Of a stretch of 64,000 nt of DNA, positions 51,421-60,932 are shown piece by piece. Positions within the stretch are counted from its first letter, which is position 1; each line of letters starts with the position of its first letter. The position numbers were made by a program, and so were the translations under genes. The notes beneath the pieces were generated by a model. The model was not told the DNA's origin. It did not search any database and saw only the letters and a program-made list of their open reading frames with translations. The DNA comes from Nitrospirota bacterium (lineage in GTDB: Bacteria > Nitrospirota > UBA9217): NCBI GenBank assembly GCA_963845065.1, contig CAWJQQ010000002.1, positions 537,035-601,034 on the forward strand, read 5' to 3'.

Positions 51421-51863
51421 TCAGGGCCACTCTCGCCCGATGTCTTCGAACCTGAGCTCTGGTTTGGTCTTGATGAAATCCATCATAAACATTATGCGCC
51501 TCGTATCCTGCCGTACTTCGATAGAGACACCTTAGGCTTTTGAGCAGAGTTCTTCACCCTTAAAGGACAGGTTCTCTCCGATGGTCACGCGCGGAATACC
51601 GTACAAGAGGACAGCTCCACTGCACATGTCGCAGGGTGACATGGCAGTATAGAGCGTCGAGTCTCGATAAATAGCAAGCGAGAGTCGCCCTGCGTTCTCC
51701 AACTCGTCCATCTCCGCATGGAGAATGGCGCTTTCCTTTTGAACTCGCCTGTTACGGCCACGTCCGATGATTCAGTCTTGATAAACGAGGATAGCTCTGG
51801 TCGGGATCCCGCCTTCACTCTTTCGGCCTCCTATATCGCTGCTGCTATGAACTCGTCTAACAT
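51421..51863 (-). pseudogene. Nucleoside/cytosine deaminase pseudogene
   Basis: IIGRGRNRRVQKESAILHAEMD..LYTAMSPCDMCSGAVLLYGIPRV..FEDIG, with stops and frameshifts. Confidence 0.82.
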
Positions 51864-52000
51864 CGCTCCTGGAGATACTACGAAAAGAGACCTCTACAGA
51901 GCGGCCGCAAGAAGGTGGATTTTTTTACGGAGCAGCCTGAGCTTGCAAGCCTTATGTCACTCAAAGACCTCCGTGTTCTCAGTGGCTGACAATGTCTTTT

Positions 52001-52966
52001 TTATGGCTTAGTCAACGTTTCTTTCGCCTTGATGATATTCGTAATAGTTTGATTCACGGGGACTGCAATACCTTTTTCCTGCGCTAGCTTCACAACTGCT
52101 CCATTAAGCGCATCGATCTCGAGCCGCTTGCCTGCTTTGACGTCATAGTACATGGATGGATAATGCTTTGCTGTGGGCGGGACAAGCCTCGTATAAAAGT
52201 GGTCGCAATACGCTGCTGCGGATTTCCAGTTCAACGCTATTCTACGCGCTTGTGCAACGCGAAATATCTCGTCAATGATCGTGTCCATGATCCGGCGCGT
52301 TTCACTGTTTTCTGCAAGCTGGCCGTAGGTACATTCGAGAATTGCACCAAGTGGGTTCAGCGCCGCATTATAGAGAATCTTGTCCCACAAGATGGCCTCA
52401 ATGTTCTCGGCATAAGCGGTCGGGATGCCGGCTGATGTGAATGCTATTGCAATTTCCCGCACCCGTCCATGATCCACTGCATTATGAGGCTGGCCGATTC
52501 GTATGTCGTCGGCGATGACCGTGACCTCGGCCCTGCCAGCAGTCGGAAGTTTTACTCCGAAGATGATCCTCGACAAAAGCGTGTGGTCTTTTCCGACAGC
52601 GCTTGACACGGTCTCATAATTCCCGTATCCGTTCTGTGCAGTGATTACGAGAGTGTTCCTACCAATTAGCGGTTTGACCTGTTCAATTGCCGCGGCCGTG
52701 TCGAATGATTTGACCGTAAGGATGATAAGATCGATCTTCTTTTGTTGAAGCGGACTAACCGAGCTGAAAATACCGTCAAGATCAGCTTCGTGCTCTCCCC
52801 AGATGCCTGTGACGCGGACTTTTCGATTCGAAAGTGCTGAAAGATACTTGTCTTTGGTAAGGGCGAAGACAGTGTGGCCCGCTTTTTTGAGGAGCGTTGC
52901 GAACACGGTCCCCAGCGCTCCGAGACCGACTATAAGAATGGTATAAGAGGATAATGATGGCTTCAT
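52001..52966 (-). CDS. panE: 2-dehydropantoate 2-reductase
   Basis: GLGALG, LTVKSFD, QNG, WDKILYNAALN, SMYYD, EIDALNG. Confidence 0.92.
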   Translation of the reverse strand: MKPSLSSYTILIVGLGALGTVFATLLKKAGHTVFALTKDKYLSALSNRKVRVTGIWGEHEADLDGIFSSVSPLQQKKIDLIILTVKSFDTAAAIEQVKPLIGRNTLVITAQNGYGNYETVSSAVGKDHTLLSRIIFGVKLPTAGRAEVTVIADDIRIGQPHNAVDHGRVREIAIAFTSAGIPTAYAENIEAILWDKILYNAALNPLGAILECTYGQLAENSETRRIMDTIIDEIFRVAQARRIALNWKSAAAYCDHFYTRLVPPTAKHYPSMYYDVKAGKRLEIDALNGAVVKLAQEKGIAVPVNQTITNIIKAKETLTKP

Positions 52967-52983
52967 ACGATGAATTGACTTAA

Positions 52984-53027
52984 TCCCACAGCCGAAGCAT
53001 GTGGGGTTTCTTGCGCTGGTTTCCTAA
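52984..53027 (-). repeat. Solo IS200/IS605-type left-end hairpin, copy 4
   Basis: Minus strand reads TTAG-N14-AAAC-CCCACATGCTTCGGCTGTGGG. Confidence 0.7.
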
Positions 53028-53393
53028 TGAAAATACTACTTCATAGAGAAATGGGCGAATGAAAGACGGCAGGGTGAAAAATCAGCATATACTTATCATT
53101 TCTCCCTTGGCTTTCTCCCCTGTTCCTGAAAGATTCTTATTTTTAACCCTAAGTATAGCATGAAGCTATTAATAATCACGAGAGAGGTATGGATAATTCA
53201 TCGCAAAAATACATTTGATAATACTAATTGCCCATCCGTTGTCAATAATTTTTTATTACCCGTGGGGGGTGTCGGTAGGACCAGGCAAGTACTGCTCGGA
53301 TTTAGGGGCATTTCCCTGCGGCAAGACGATTACATGGCAAAAGCCGAAAGCTTCTTCTTCCCACGATGTGAATAGCTGGTCTAAGGCTTGACG

Positions 53394-55697
53394 TTACATC
53401 GATATGACTTTGTTGACGATCTCAGCCATTTCCCGTACGCGGTACGGCTTCGCGATCACTCCCACAAATCCATAGTCTTCGTAATGGGCCATTATCGGGT
53501 CGTGAGAGTATCCGCTGGAGACGATAGCCCTGACCCCGGGATAGAGCTCGATCAGTTTGGCGAGAGTCTCCCTGCCACCCATACCGCCCGGAACCGTCAA
53601 GTCCATAATAACGAGGTCAAACGGTTTTCCCGCCTCACGTGCTTTACCATAGAGCTCGATGGCTTCGCCGCCGTCTTTGGCAAGTTCGACTTCATATCCA
53701 GCGGTCTGTAGGATCTTTTCGGCTGCGTCAAGAATGATCGCTTCATCGTCCATAATTAGGATCCTGCCGTGACCGGTCCTCAGTCCGATACTTGTGTCTT
53801 CCTTCTTTTTGAGTTCTTTCGATGATGCCGGAAGATATATCGAAATGGTCGTTCCGACTCCAAGTTTGGACCCTGCGAAAATGATGCCACCATGCTTTTT
53901 AATAATGGAATAGGCCGTAGCGAGCCCGAGGCCGGCTCCGTGCTTTTTTGTCGTGAAATACGGGTCGAAGATCTTGTCAAGGTGCTCTTTCGGTATCCCG
54001 ATGCCCTGGTCTGCTACGCATATTCTCACATAGTCTCCAGCCTTGAGAGACAAGAACTCGTTCCCTCCAAGGCTCACGTTTCCACCGGAGATCGTGATCA
54101 TGCCGCCTTGCGGCATGGCCTGATCAGCATTGATCACGATATTGTGGATGACCTGTCGCAGCTGTCCGATGTCCGCTTCGATTGGCCGGAGATTATCGGC
54201 AAGGGAAAACGTTCGGCCTGCCTTAGTGCCTCGAAGGGCGAAGCTGGCCGCCTCCCTGATGAGATCATTGATGAAGACCGTTTTCATCACCGGTTCGCCT
54301 CCCCGCGAAAACGTGAGGAGCTGCTGCGTCAGGCCGTGTGCCTGCACCGATGCCTGTTCGGCTTTTTCAAGGATCGGCGCGATCAGATCGTTGCGCTTCA
54401 CATGCATCCTTGCTAGCTCGATGTTTGCCATTATGCCGGTTATAAGGTTGTTGAAATCGTGGGCAATGCCGCCCGCCAGAACACCCAGGGAATCCAGTTT
54501 TTGTGCCTTCAGTATGTCCTCTTCCAGCTTCTTTCGTTCTGTGCTTTCGCGGGAATTTACGATGATACGCACAGCCTGGTCCTCATCGATCAGACTCTTG
54601 CCGATCGATTCATAGCTACGCCATGAACCGTCCCGGTGCAGCAACCGGATCTCGATCAACTCCGACGTTCCTGGCGCCTTGGCGAGCCTCGTGAAGGCGT
54701 CTTGCGCCGCCGACCGGTCGTCGGGATGCAGGTATTCGAACACGAGCGCGCCAATCAACTCGTCGCGTCCGTATCCCAGCAGTCTTTCGATGGAGGGGCT
54801 CTCAAAGAGGATTTTCCCGCTGCTATCTAGTACAGTGATAAGGTCAAGGGCGTTTTCTATCAGCGACCGGAAGTATATTTCACTTTGCCTGCGCAAGTTC
54901 TCGGAAACGGTGCGCGCCGCGATCTCCTCCTGGAGGCGGGCATTGGCTCGTTCCCATTCGAGGGTGCGCTCCTTTACTAGCATCTCCAGATGGTCTTGAT
55001 GTTTCTGCAGTTCTTCCTCGATTTTTTTGCGCTCCATAATCTCAGTCCGGAGCTCTTCGTTCAGCTTTTCCGCCCGATCCTTTGCCGAGGCCAAAAAGGT
55101 GACAAGATTTCTATTTGCGAAGCGGAGTTTGAACGACAGTACAGACAGCGAGTGGACCCGCAATGCCGCAAAATGGATCAAAAGCGCGAAAAAGACGATC
55201 ATCCCTCCCATAGTAAGGTGGATTTCGTCGCCGACCGCGAAGAACCGGAATATCAGCGGCGTGAGGACAGGTATGCTGAATGAGAGAAATGCACTTCTGA
55301 TGATAGACAATGTCCCCGCGGCCCCTGCGACCATACCGCCAAGAACGAAGGCAAGGAAGACCTGGCGTATCGACGAGTCTACGGGAAAGAGGAATAGAGC
55401 CGCGGCACCCCACACGATGCCTGATAGGGCCAGGCCGATAATGAATTGTATCTCCTTCGTTCGCGCTTCCGCTTGGGGTGAAGGTTTAAGCCGATAGCGG
55501 TAAACCTGGACAGCTCGAACGATGGTGATCGTGAACAGGCAGGCAAGCCAGATGGTTAAGATATGATGGGGAACTACTTTCCAAAATACATAGACCACGA
55601 TAATCGAGTTGATGACCGTCGCAATCATACCCAGGGGCGCGCGGTCATATAGCTGTTTTACCTGATCTGCATGAATCTGCAAGCGCTCGTCAGGCAT
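53394..55697 (-). CDS. Membrane PAS hybrid sensor histidine kinase
   Basis: Multi-TM N-terminus, PAS, H-box AHDFNN, GLGL box, receiver DLTVPG; RBS GAAGGAGG. Confidence 0.93.
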   Translation of the reverse strand: MPDERLQIHADQVKQLYDRAPLGMIATVINSIIVVYVFWKVVPHHILTIWLACLFTITIVRAVQVYRYRLKPSPQAEARTKEIQFIIGLALSGIVWGAAALFLFPVDSSIRQVFLAFVLGGMVAGAAGTLSIIRSAFLSFSIPVLTPLIFRFFAVGDEIHLTMGGMIVFFALLIHFAALRVHSLSVLSFKLRFANRNLVTFLASAKDRAEKLNEELRTEIMERKKIEEELQKHQDHLEMLVKERTLEWERANARLQEEIAARTVSENLRRQSEIYFRSLIENALDLITVLDSSGKILFESPSIERLLGYGRDELIGALVFEYLHPDDRSAAQDAFTRLAKAPGTSELIEIRLLHRDGSWRSYESIGKSLIDEDQAVRIIVNSRESTERKKLEEDILKAQKLDSLGVLAGGIAHDFNNLITGIMANIELARMHVKRNDLIAPILEKAEQASVQAHGLTQQLLTFSRGGEPVMKTVFINDLIREAASFALRGTKAGRTFSLADNLRPIEADIGQLRQVIHNIVINADQAMPQGGMITISGGNVSLGGNEFLSLKAGDYVRICVADQGIGIPKEHLDKIFDPYFTTKKHGAGLGLATAYSIIKKHGGIIFAGSKLGVGTTISIYLPASSKELKKKEDTSIGLRTGHGRILIMDDEAIILDAAEKILQTAGYEVELAKDGGEAIELYGKAREAGKPFDLVIMDLTVPGGMGGRETLAKLIELYPGVRAIVSSGYSHDPIMAHYEDYGFVGVIAKPYRVREMAEIVNKVISM

Positions 55698-56592
55698 GGC
55701 ACCTCCTTCGGGAGGCTGCGATCGTGCCCTTCGATGCGTTTTGTATTCGGAGGAGGACGAATTAACCCATGCCATGGTGTTTCATGTTACAAAATTTTTT
55801 CTTTAAAAGCCAATTAAAAGTGATCGAGTTATCCTGGAATAAGACAAAGAGGGGGGGGCAAAGGGGGTAGTTATGCCCCATGTGTACGGAACACGTAGGA
55901 CGAGCCGCTGAACCTCCTACGGGTCGACGTAGAATCTATCCACATGCAAGGGAAGGAATCGGGAGAGGGTCGAGGTCAGTCCTTGATCTCTTCGATGGTC
56001 AGCCCTATTGCTCCGGTAGACGGATCTGTTATGCTCCATCGCAATGACCATCGTAAGACGGGCGTCTTCAAAGGCTCAGAAGCGTCCGAAGGACGGTATT
56101 GTGCCCATGCTGCAAGATCAAACCTCCAATTTAGCGCGGCCCGATATCCGAACATATGGACCTTACTGGCGGTCCCAGGGTGAGCGGGTAACATGAGGTC
56201 ATATACATTCCAATTGACGGCCCCCCGGGAGGGATTGAGGAAGGAGTCGAATGCGATAAAGAGCTGGCGACATCCTGGATAGTTCCACCCTCCTAGCCGA
56301 GAGCAGCGTGGGCCACAACGCTGACAGCCTCTAACTCGCAAACATTATGAAACGTTAGAATCGCCCTGATGAAGGGGATTTCTCTGCCATCGCTGGCCTT
56401 TAGATGTGAAGTTGCCGATTCATGTGTGATATCGAGGCAAAGGCTCCTGCCCCTGGTTGCTCGCGTTCCTCTACTGTGCTCGATATGTTGCTCCCGTTCC
56501 TTCCGGTGTTTCTTGAACGCTTTTTTATTCATTATATCATGCAACTATGGGAAGAGGGCAGAATTGGTGAAGTGAGATCGTCGCTGGCTAAT

Positions 56593-57885
56593 TTACTGAA
56601 GGCACTGAAAAAGCCCGGTGCACCAGAGACAAGCTCCGCAGGGTACCCGTTCAATATAACAGTCTTGCTCAAAATCCGCATCCCCGACATAATCGCAGAG
56701 AGCGAAGCCGCAGTCAAAGCAAAAAGGAAACTTATACCCGAGCACGCGCTCCCGGAAAGAGCTGGACTCAGCATCGTTCCAGATGTCAAGGATGTCCCGG
56801 TCGCGCAGATTGCCGAAGGTCCACGGCTTGACCCGCTTTTCAATGCCTCCGACATAGCAGTCATAGCGGTGCCAGAGGAAGTAACAGGGATGCACGTTGC
56901 CATCCCATGAAATGAAGGCACTACCTCCTTCAACGAACTCACATTTCCTCGTGTTCCGCGGTGCCATACCCGGCAGTATCAGCTCTACCCCTGCTTCCCT
57001 GGCAGCATGCCGGGCCTCATCGAACACCCTCTCGGCAGACGCCAGCCACTCCTCATCCCGCCTGAGCAGCCGTTCCATGTGGAGGGTGATGCCCTGTGCT
57101 TCCGCGTCGCTCCGCATCCTTTCGACAAGTCCGACGATCCGATCCTCCTCAGGGGTCCTTCCCACCTTCGTAATGGTATCGAGATATCGGCGGATATCCA
57201 GACCTTCCTGTTGTGCTTTTGTTTTCCAGCGCTCATAAATGGCAATGGCAGCGGTAGTATTGGTATCATATGCCGTCTGCGTGACGAGGTCCTTGTTGTA
57301 AGGAAGCAGCTGGGTAACAATGGCAAAATCGGCGCCGGACCTGCCTGCCCAGAGAATCGCCCTGGGAAGATCGGCAAGGTTGTTTCGCATCAGCACGAAC
57401 TCTATTCCGATCCTGAGGTTACGCCCCCTGCTCCGCGCCCGGGCCTTGTTCATGCTCGCGAAGGCCGCCACGATCCCCCCCATCTCGCCGCCGCGCCGGA
57501 TGGAACGGAAGCTGTCATCTGATACTGTATCGAGGGAGACACAGATGCGGTCGAGCCCTGCGTCGACGAGCGATACGGCTCGCTCGTCGGTCAGCGCCAT
57601 GCCGTTAGACTGGAACCCCACCCAGGCATTTTCGGGGAGGAGGGATCGCGCACGGGAGATGAACGTCTCTAAGTGAGGATGAAGCAGGGGCTCGCCAATG
57701 CCGTTTAGTACGAGGGAATCAAGATGCGGAAAGGCTGGGGCAAGCCGTTCGAAGGTCTCCGGCGACATGGTACCCTCGAGGATCCCGCCATTGCCGTTCT
57801 GCTTCACGCACATGCCGCACTGGAGATTGCAGTATGTCGTCACTTCGACGAAGAGCTTGGAGAGGTGTTTGTTTGATGCCATCAA
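56593..57885 (-). CDS. Radical SAM/SPASM putative metalloenzyme maturase
   Basis: CNLQCGMC, GIGEPLLHP, SPASM-type HPC motif and Cys-rich tail (CFDC..C..C..CGAC..C); adjacent to aor and moaD. Confidence 0.88.
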   Translation of the reverse strand: MMASNKHLSKLFVEVTTYCNLQCGMCVKQNGNGGILEGTMSPETFERLAPAFPHLDSLVLNGIGEPLLHPHLETFISRARSLLPENAWVGFQSNGMALTDERAVSLVDAGLDRICVSLDTVSDDSFRSIRRGGEMGGIVAAFASMNKARARSRGRNLRIGIEFVLMRNNLADLPRAILWAGRSGADFAIVTQLLPYNKDLVTQTAYDTNTTAAIAIYERWKTKAQQEGLDIRRYLDTITKVGRTPEEDRIVGLVERMRSDAEAQGITLHMERLLRRDEEWLASAERVFDEARHAAREAGVELILPGMAPRNTRKCEFVEGGSAFISWDGNVHPCYFLWHRYDCYVGGIEKRVKPWTFGNLRDRDILDIWNDAESSSFRERVLGYKFPFCFDCGFALCDYVGDADFEQDCYIERVPCGACLWCTGLFQCLQ

Positions 57886-57990
57886 TCTATTTTAACATTT
57901 CGGCAGTACAGGACTATGATACAGGTCATAAGCCGTATGTCCGGGAGCAGAGAGAAACATCCGATTCCGGGAGTCTGGTATAATAGCTCT

Positions 57991-58215
57991 ATGAAAGTGA
58001 ATGTCAAATTATTCGCATCCCTGCGGACCTTCGGCCCTGATGATCAGGTGATCGAACTGCCCGACCACACAACCATCGATGACGTCATCCGTTACCTCAA
58101 GATTCCCAGCACTATCAGGCTCCTGAAGATCGTCAATGGCGAGCATCGGCCCACGGACCATGAGTTGAAGGACGGTGACGAACTCGCCCTCTTCCCTCCC
58201 ATCGCAGGCGGCTAG
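57991..58215 (+). CDS. MoaD/ThiS sulfur carrier
   Basis: VKLFASLR..LKDGDELALFPPIAGG with C-terminal GG; TGGTATAAT ends 6 nt before the ATG. Confidence 0.92.
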   Translation: MKVNVKLFASLRTFGPDDQVIELPDHTTIDDVIRYLKIPSTIRLLKIVNGEHRPTDHELKDGDELALFPPIAGG

Positions 58216-58224
58216 CTTCTTCGT

Positions 58225-58872
58225 TCAGGCATTTGCCGGTTTGACGGCTACTGTAAGAAATACCTGGTTGTTTCCCGTCAACTCCGTGCTCCCCTCCAGC
58301 AATCCGATATCGATGGGCTTGCCGTTAAGCTTGACCCTACATCCCTTCCGGAAATCCTCTGCTCGCTCCATCAGGAAGCCAAGAAGATCGGAGGACCTTA
58401 GGAGAACGCCTGTTCGAAGAAGATCGGGGCCCAGTTCACTCATCAGGAGATTAAAGATCTTCACGCTTACCCATCCCTCTCCCGGCGTGCATGCCTTTCC
58501 TGTTTCGTGGTAAGTGATGGCGCTTCGAAAGGAAGAATAGGCCCCACCACGTCTGAGCGTGGCGCCGACAAGGCCGGGCATGGCGGCCGAAAGAGCGAGG
58601 GTTGAACCATCATGCAGGAAAGAAGAGCCGATGTCATCGACCGGTTTTCCATCAAGCATGATAGACTGTATCTTTTCAATCGTTTCTGGGGTGGCCCCGA
58701 TCTCCTGACGCAGGAAGACGGCGATACTGCACCCAACGCGTCGCCTGATCTTCACCCCTTGCTGGAGCAGCAGGAAGAACCGCACGACTAGTGGTTCGTC
58801 TACGATGAAGGTGATACGGGGATAAGGTACTGTGGAAGGATTAACAAGCATTTTTCTATCGTTCCGGGGCAT
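58225..58872 (-). CDS. Hypothetical protein in the AOR cluster
   Basis: 215-aa ORF with a beta-grasp-like segment LDGKPVDD..LHDGSTLALSAAMPG. Confidence 0.7.
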   Translation of the reverse strand: MPRNDRKMLVNPSTVPYPRITFIVDEPLVVRFFLLLQQGVKIRRRVGCSIAVFLRQEIGATPETIEKIQSIMLDGKPVDDIGSSFLHDGSTLALSAAMPGLVGATLRRGGAYSSFRSAITYHETGKACTPGEGWVSVKIFNLLMSELGPDLLRTGVLLRSSDLLGFLMERAEDFRKGCRVKLNGKPIDIGLLEGSTELTGNNQVFLTVAVKPANA

Positions 58873-58936
58873 ACTCCCGAGTCGTCCTTTTCCGGAAAGA
58901 CAATTAATGCGTCCGGTTATTATTCTAGGTAGGTAA

Positions 58937-58968
58937 TAAAAAAAGGGAGACGATCGTCTCCCCCTTTT
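58937..58968 (-). terminator. Rho-independent terminator after aor
   Basis: GGGAGACG/CGTCTCCC stem with an A7 run on the plus strand (U-run on minus). Confidence 0.8.
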
Positions 58969-58986
58969 CGGATTAAATCGTTTCGA

Positions 58987-60723
58987 TTACCAGTTGAAGA
59001 CCTTATCCAGGTCCTCATCCTTGACGGCGAAGGTGACATTGTGCGGCGCGAACTTCTCAGTCTTGAAGTAGCTCGGCAGCCGGTCGTGCTGCGGTGTGAA
59101 GCCAGCCCGGGCGTTGAAGTCCCGCTCCATCTTGAGGATCTTTTTCCCAAGGCCGGTCACGTCGTCGCCCGTAAGGTTCAAGCCATGGAAGGCATTGAGC
59201 ATATCGAGCAGAGCCTGGAAGGTGTCGGGCTGATCGAGTACTGCAAAGGCTATAAAGAGGCACATGCCGGTTGAATCGATCGCAGCTGTCGCTATTTGGA
59301 GATTCCGCGAGAGTTCGACTTGCCCTTCGGGTTTGAGCGCATTCACATCGCCGCCCACCTTCAGGACGTTCGCGGTAACTGCGTATCCTGCGGTATGGTC
59401 TGCGCCCATCGGGCTTGTCGCATACGTAACTCCCATGCCCTGGACAGCACGGGGATCATAGGCAGGCATAGCCTGGCCCTTCACTACGGGGACCCTTTCC
59501 ACTCCGAAGGCCTTGCCGGTCATGGCCGCGCCATTGCCGAGGATCCTGCCGAGGTCCGTGCCCTTGCCGACCTCCTTCACCATCCGAATCGCTGCATCTG
59601 CGTCCCCAAACTTGGCGAGGCCCGCCTCCATGGCGACGGCGATCGTCGCGCCCATCTCGATCGTGTCAATGCCGTAATTATCATCCAGGAAGTCGAGCAT
59701 GGCAATTTTGTCAAGGTCACTGATGCCGCAGTTTCCGCCGTGGGCCCAAACCGTCTCGTACTCTGGCTGCTTGGTGAGGAAGTGGCCATCCTTGTCATTG
59801 TAAGTTCCGGAGCACTGGATCACGCAGCCCCTGTGGCAGCCGTGAGTCGCCAGCCCCCCACGCTTTGTCTCTGTCTCAGCCTGGGTCTCGCCGCTGATCT
59901 TAGAAGCGCCATCGAAGCGGCCTTGCTTGAAGTTGTACGTAGGATATCCACCCACCTCGTTCAGGATGTTCGTCAGCACGTTCGTGCCATAAGAGGGAAG
60001 GCCCTGGCCGGTGACTGGGTGCTTTTTGAGGCCGTCGACGAACCGCTTGTTCGCATCCTGGAACTTCGCCAAGTCCTTCGGAGCACGCACCGGCATGCCC
60101 GTCGCGTCCAGAACAATGGCCTTGATATTCTTGGCACCCATGACCGCGCCCACGCCGCCGCGGCCGGCGTGGCGGGTCGGCCGAAGTTCCATGTCGGTGA
60201 ATGCGATGGTTGCGGCGCCCATCTTCATCTCGCCGGCAGGTCCGATCGAGATGCAGCATATCGCGTCGCCGTGTTCCGCCTTCATCTTCGCTACCAGGTC
60301 GTAATTCGGTAGCATCTTAAGGCTGTTGTCCTTGGTGATCTTGACCCCGTCCTTATTGATGAACACCTTGTAGAGATCGTCGCTCGTCGGCTTCCCTTCG
60401 AGAACAATAGCGTTGTATCCGAGTTTTGCCAGGACCTGGGAAGGCTGGCCGCCGGAGTTCGACTCCTTGATACCGCCGGTAAGCGGACTCTTGCAGCCCA
60501 CGGAGATCCGGCCCGACTGGGCTCCAGCGGAGCCGCTCAGAAGTCCCGGGGCGATGACCAGCTTATTATCTCCGCCAAGGGGATGGCATAATGGCGGCAC
60601 CTCCTTCGAAACGATCGTCGATGTTAATGCCCTGCCTCCCAGCCCCGCATATTCACCAACCGGTACTGCTGTCGCCTTGGGGCCGCCTTCTGCTCCCACG
60701 TTGATTCTTAGGATTTTATCCAT
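58987..60723 (-). CDS. aor: Aldehyde:ferredoxin oxidoreductase (W/Mo pterin family)
   Basis: KSPLTGGIKESNSGG, AGRGGVGAVMG, CHRGCVIQC, PEYET, PAYDPR, GMCLF. Confidence 0.93.
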   Translation of the reverse strand: MDKILRINVGAEGGPKATAVPVGEYAGLGGRALTSTIVSKEVPPLCHPLGGDNKLVIAPGLLSGSAGAQSGRISVGCKSPLTGGIKESNSGGQPSQVLAKLGYNAIVLEGKPTSDDLYKVFINKDGVKITKDNSLKMLPNYDLVAKMKAEHGDAICCISIGPAGEMKMGAATIAFTDMELRPTRHAGRGGVGAVMGAKNIKAIVLDATGMPVRAPKDLAKFQDANKRFVDGLKKHPVTGQGLPSYGTNVLTNILNEVGGYPTYNFKQGRFDGASKISGETQAETETKRGGLATHGCHRGCVIQCSGTYNDKDGHFLTKQPEYETVWAHGGNCGISDLDKIAMLDFLDDNYGIDTIEMGATIAVAMEAGLAKFGDADAAIRMVKEVGKGTDLGRILGNGAAMTGKAFGVERVPVVKGQAMPAYDPRAVQGMGVTYATSPMGADHTAGYAVTANVLKVGGDVNALKPEGQVELSRNLQIATAAIDSTGMCLFIAFAVLDQPDTFQALLDMLNAFHGLNLTGDDVTGLGKKILKMERDFNARAGFTPQHDRLPSYFKTEKFAPHNVTFAVKDEDLDKVFNW

Positions 60724-60932
60724 GGTTTCCTCCCTCAAACTGTAAATTTTACATCCAATTTCAATCTTAAAGTATGATTTAAAAACATAGTTATTATGAT
60801 TTTAGCGCATAATCCAAATAATACCACAGGAAGGACAAATGTCAATGAAATGTTAGTCTGCTGTCTGCTTTTTAAGATCGGATTGACTCACAATAAATGT
60901 TACCCAAGTGATTTTGAAATATATGGTTGACT

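Noticed and set aside
55870..55900. Hairpin ending ACACATGGGG on the minus strand that resembles an IS605 right end
   Set aside because: No matching guide/cleavage tetramer pair; too degenerate
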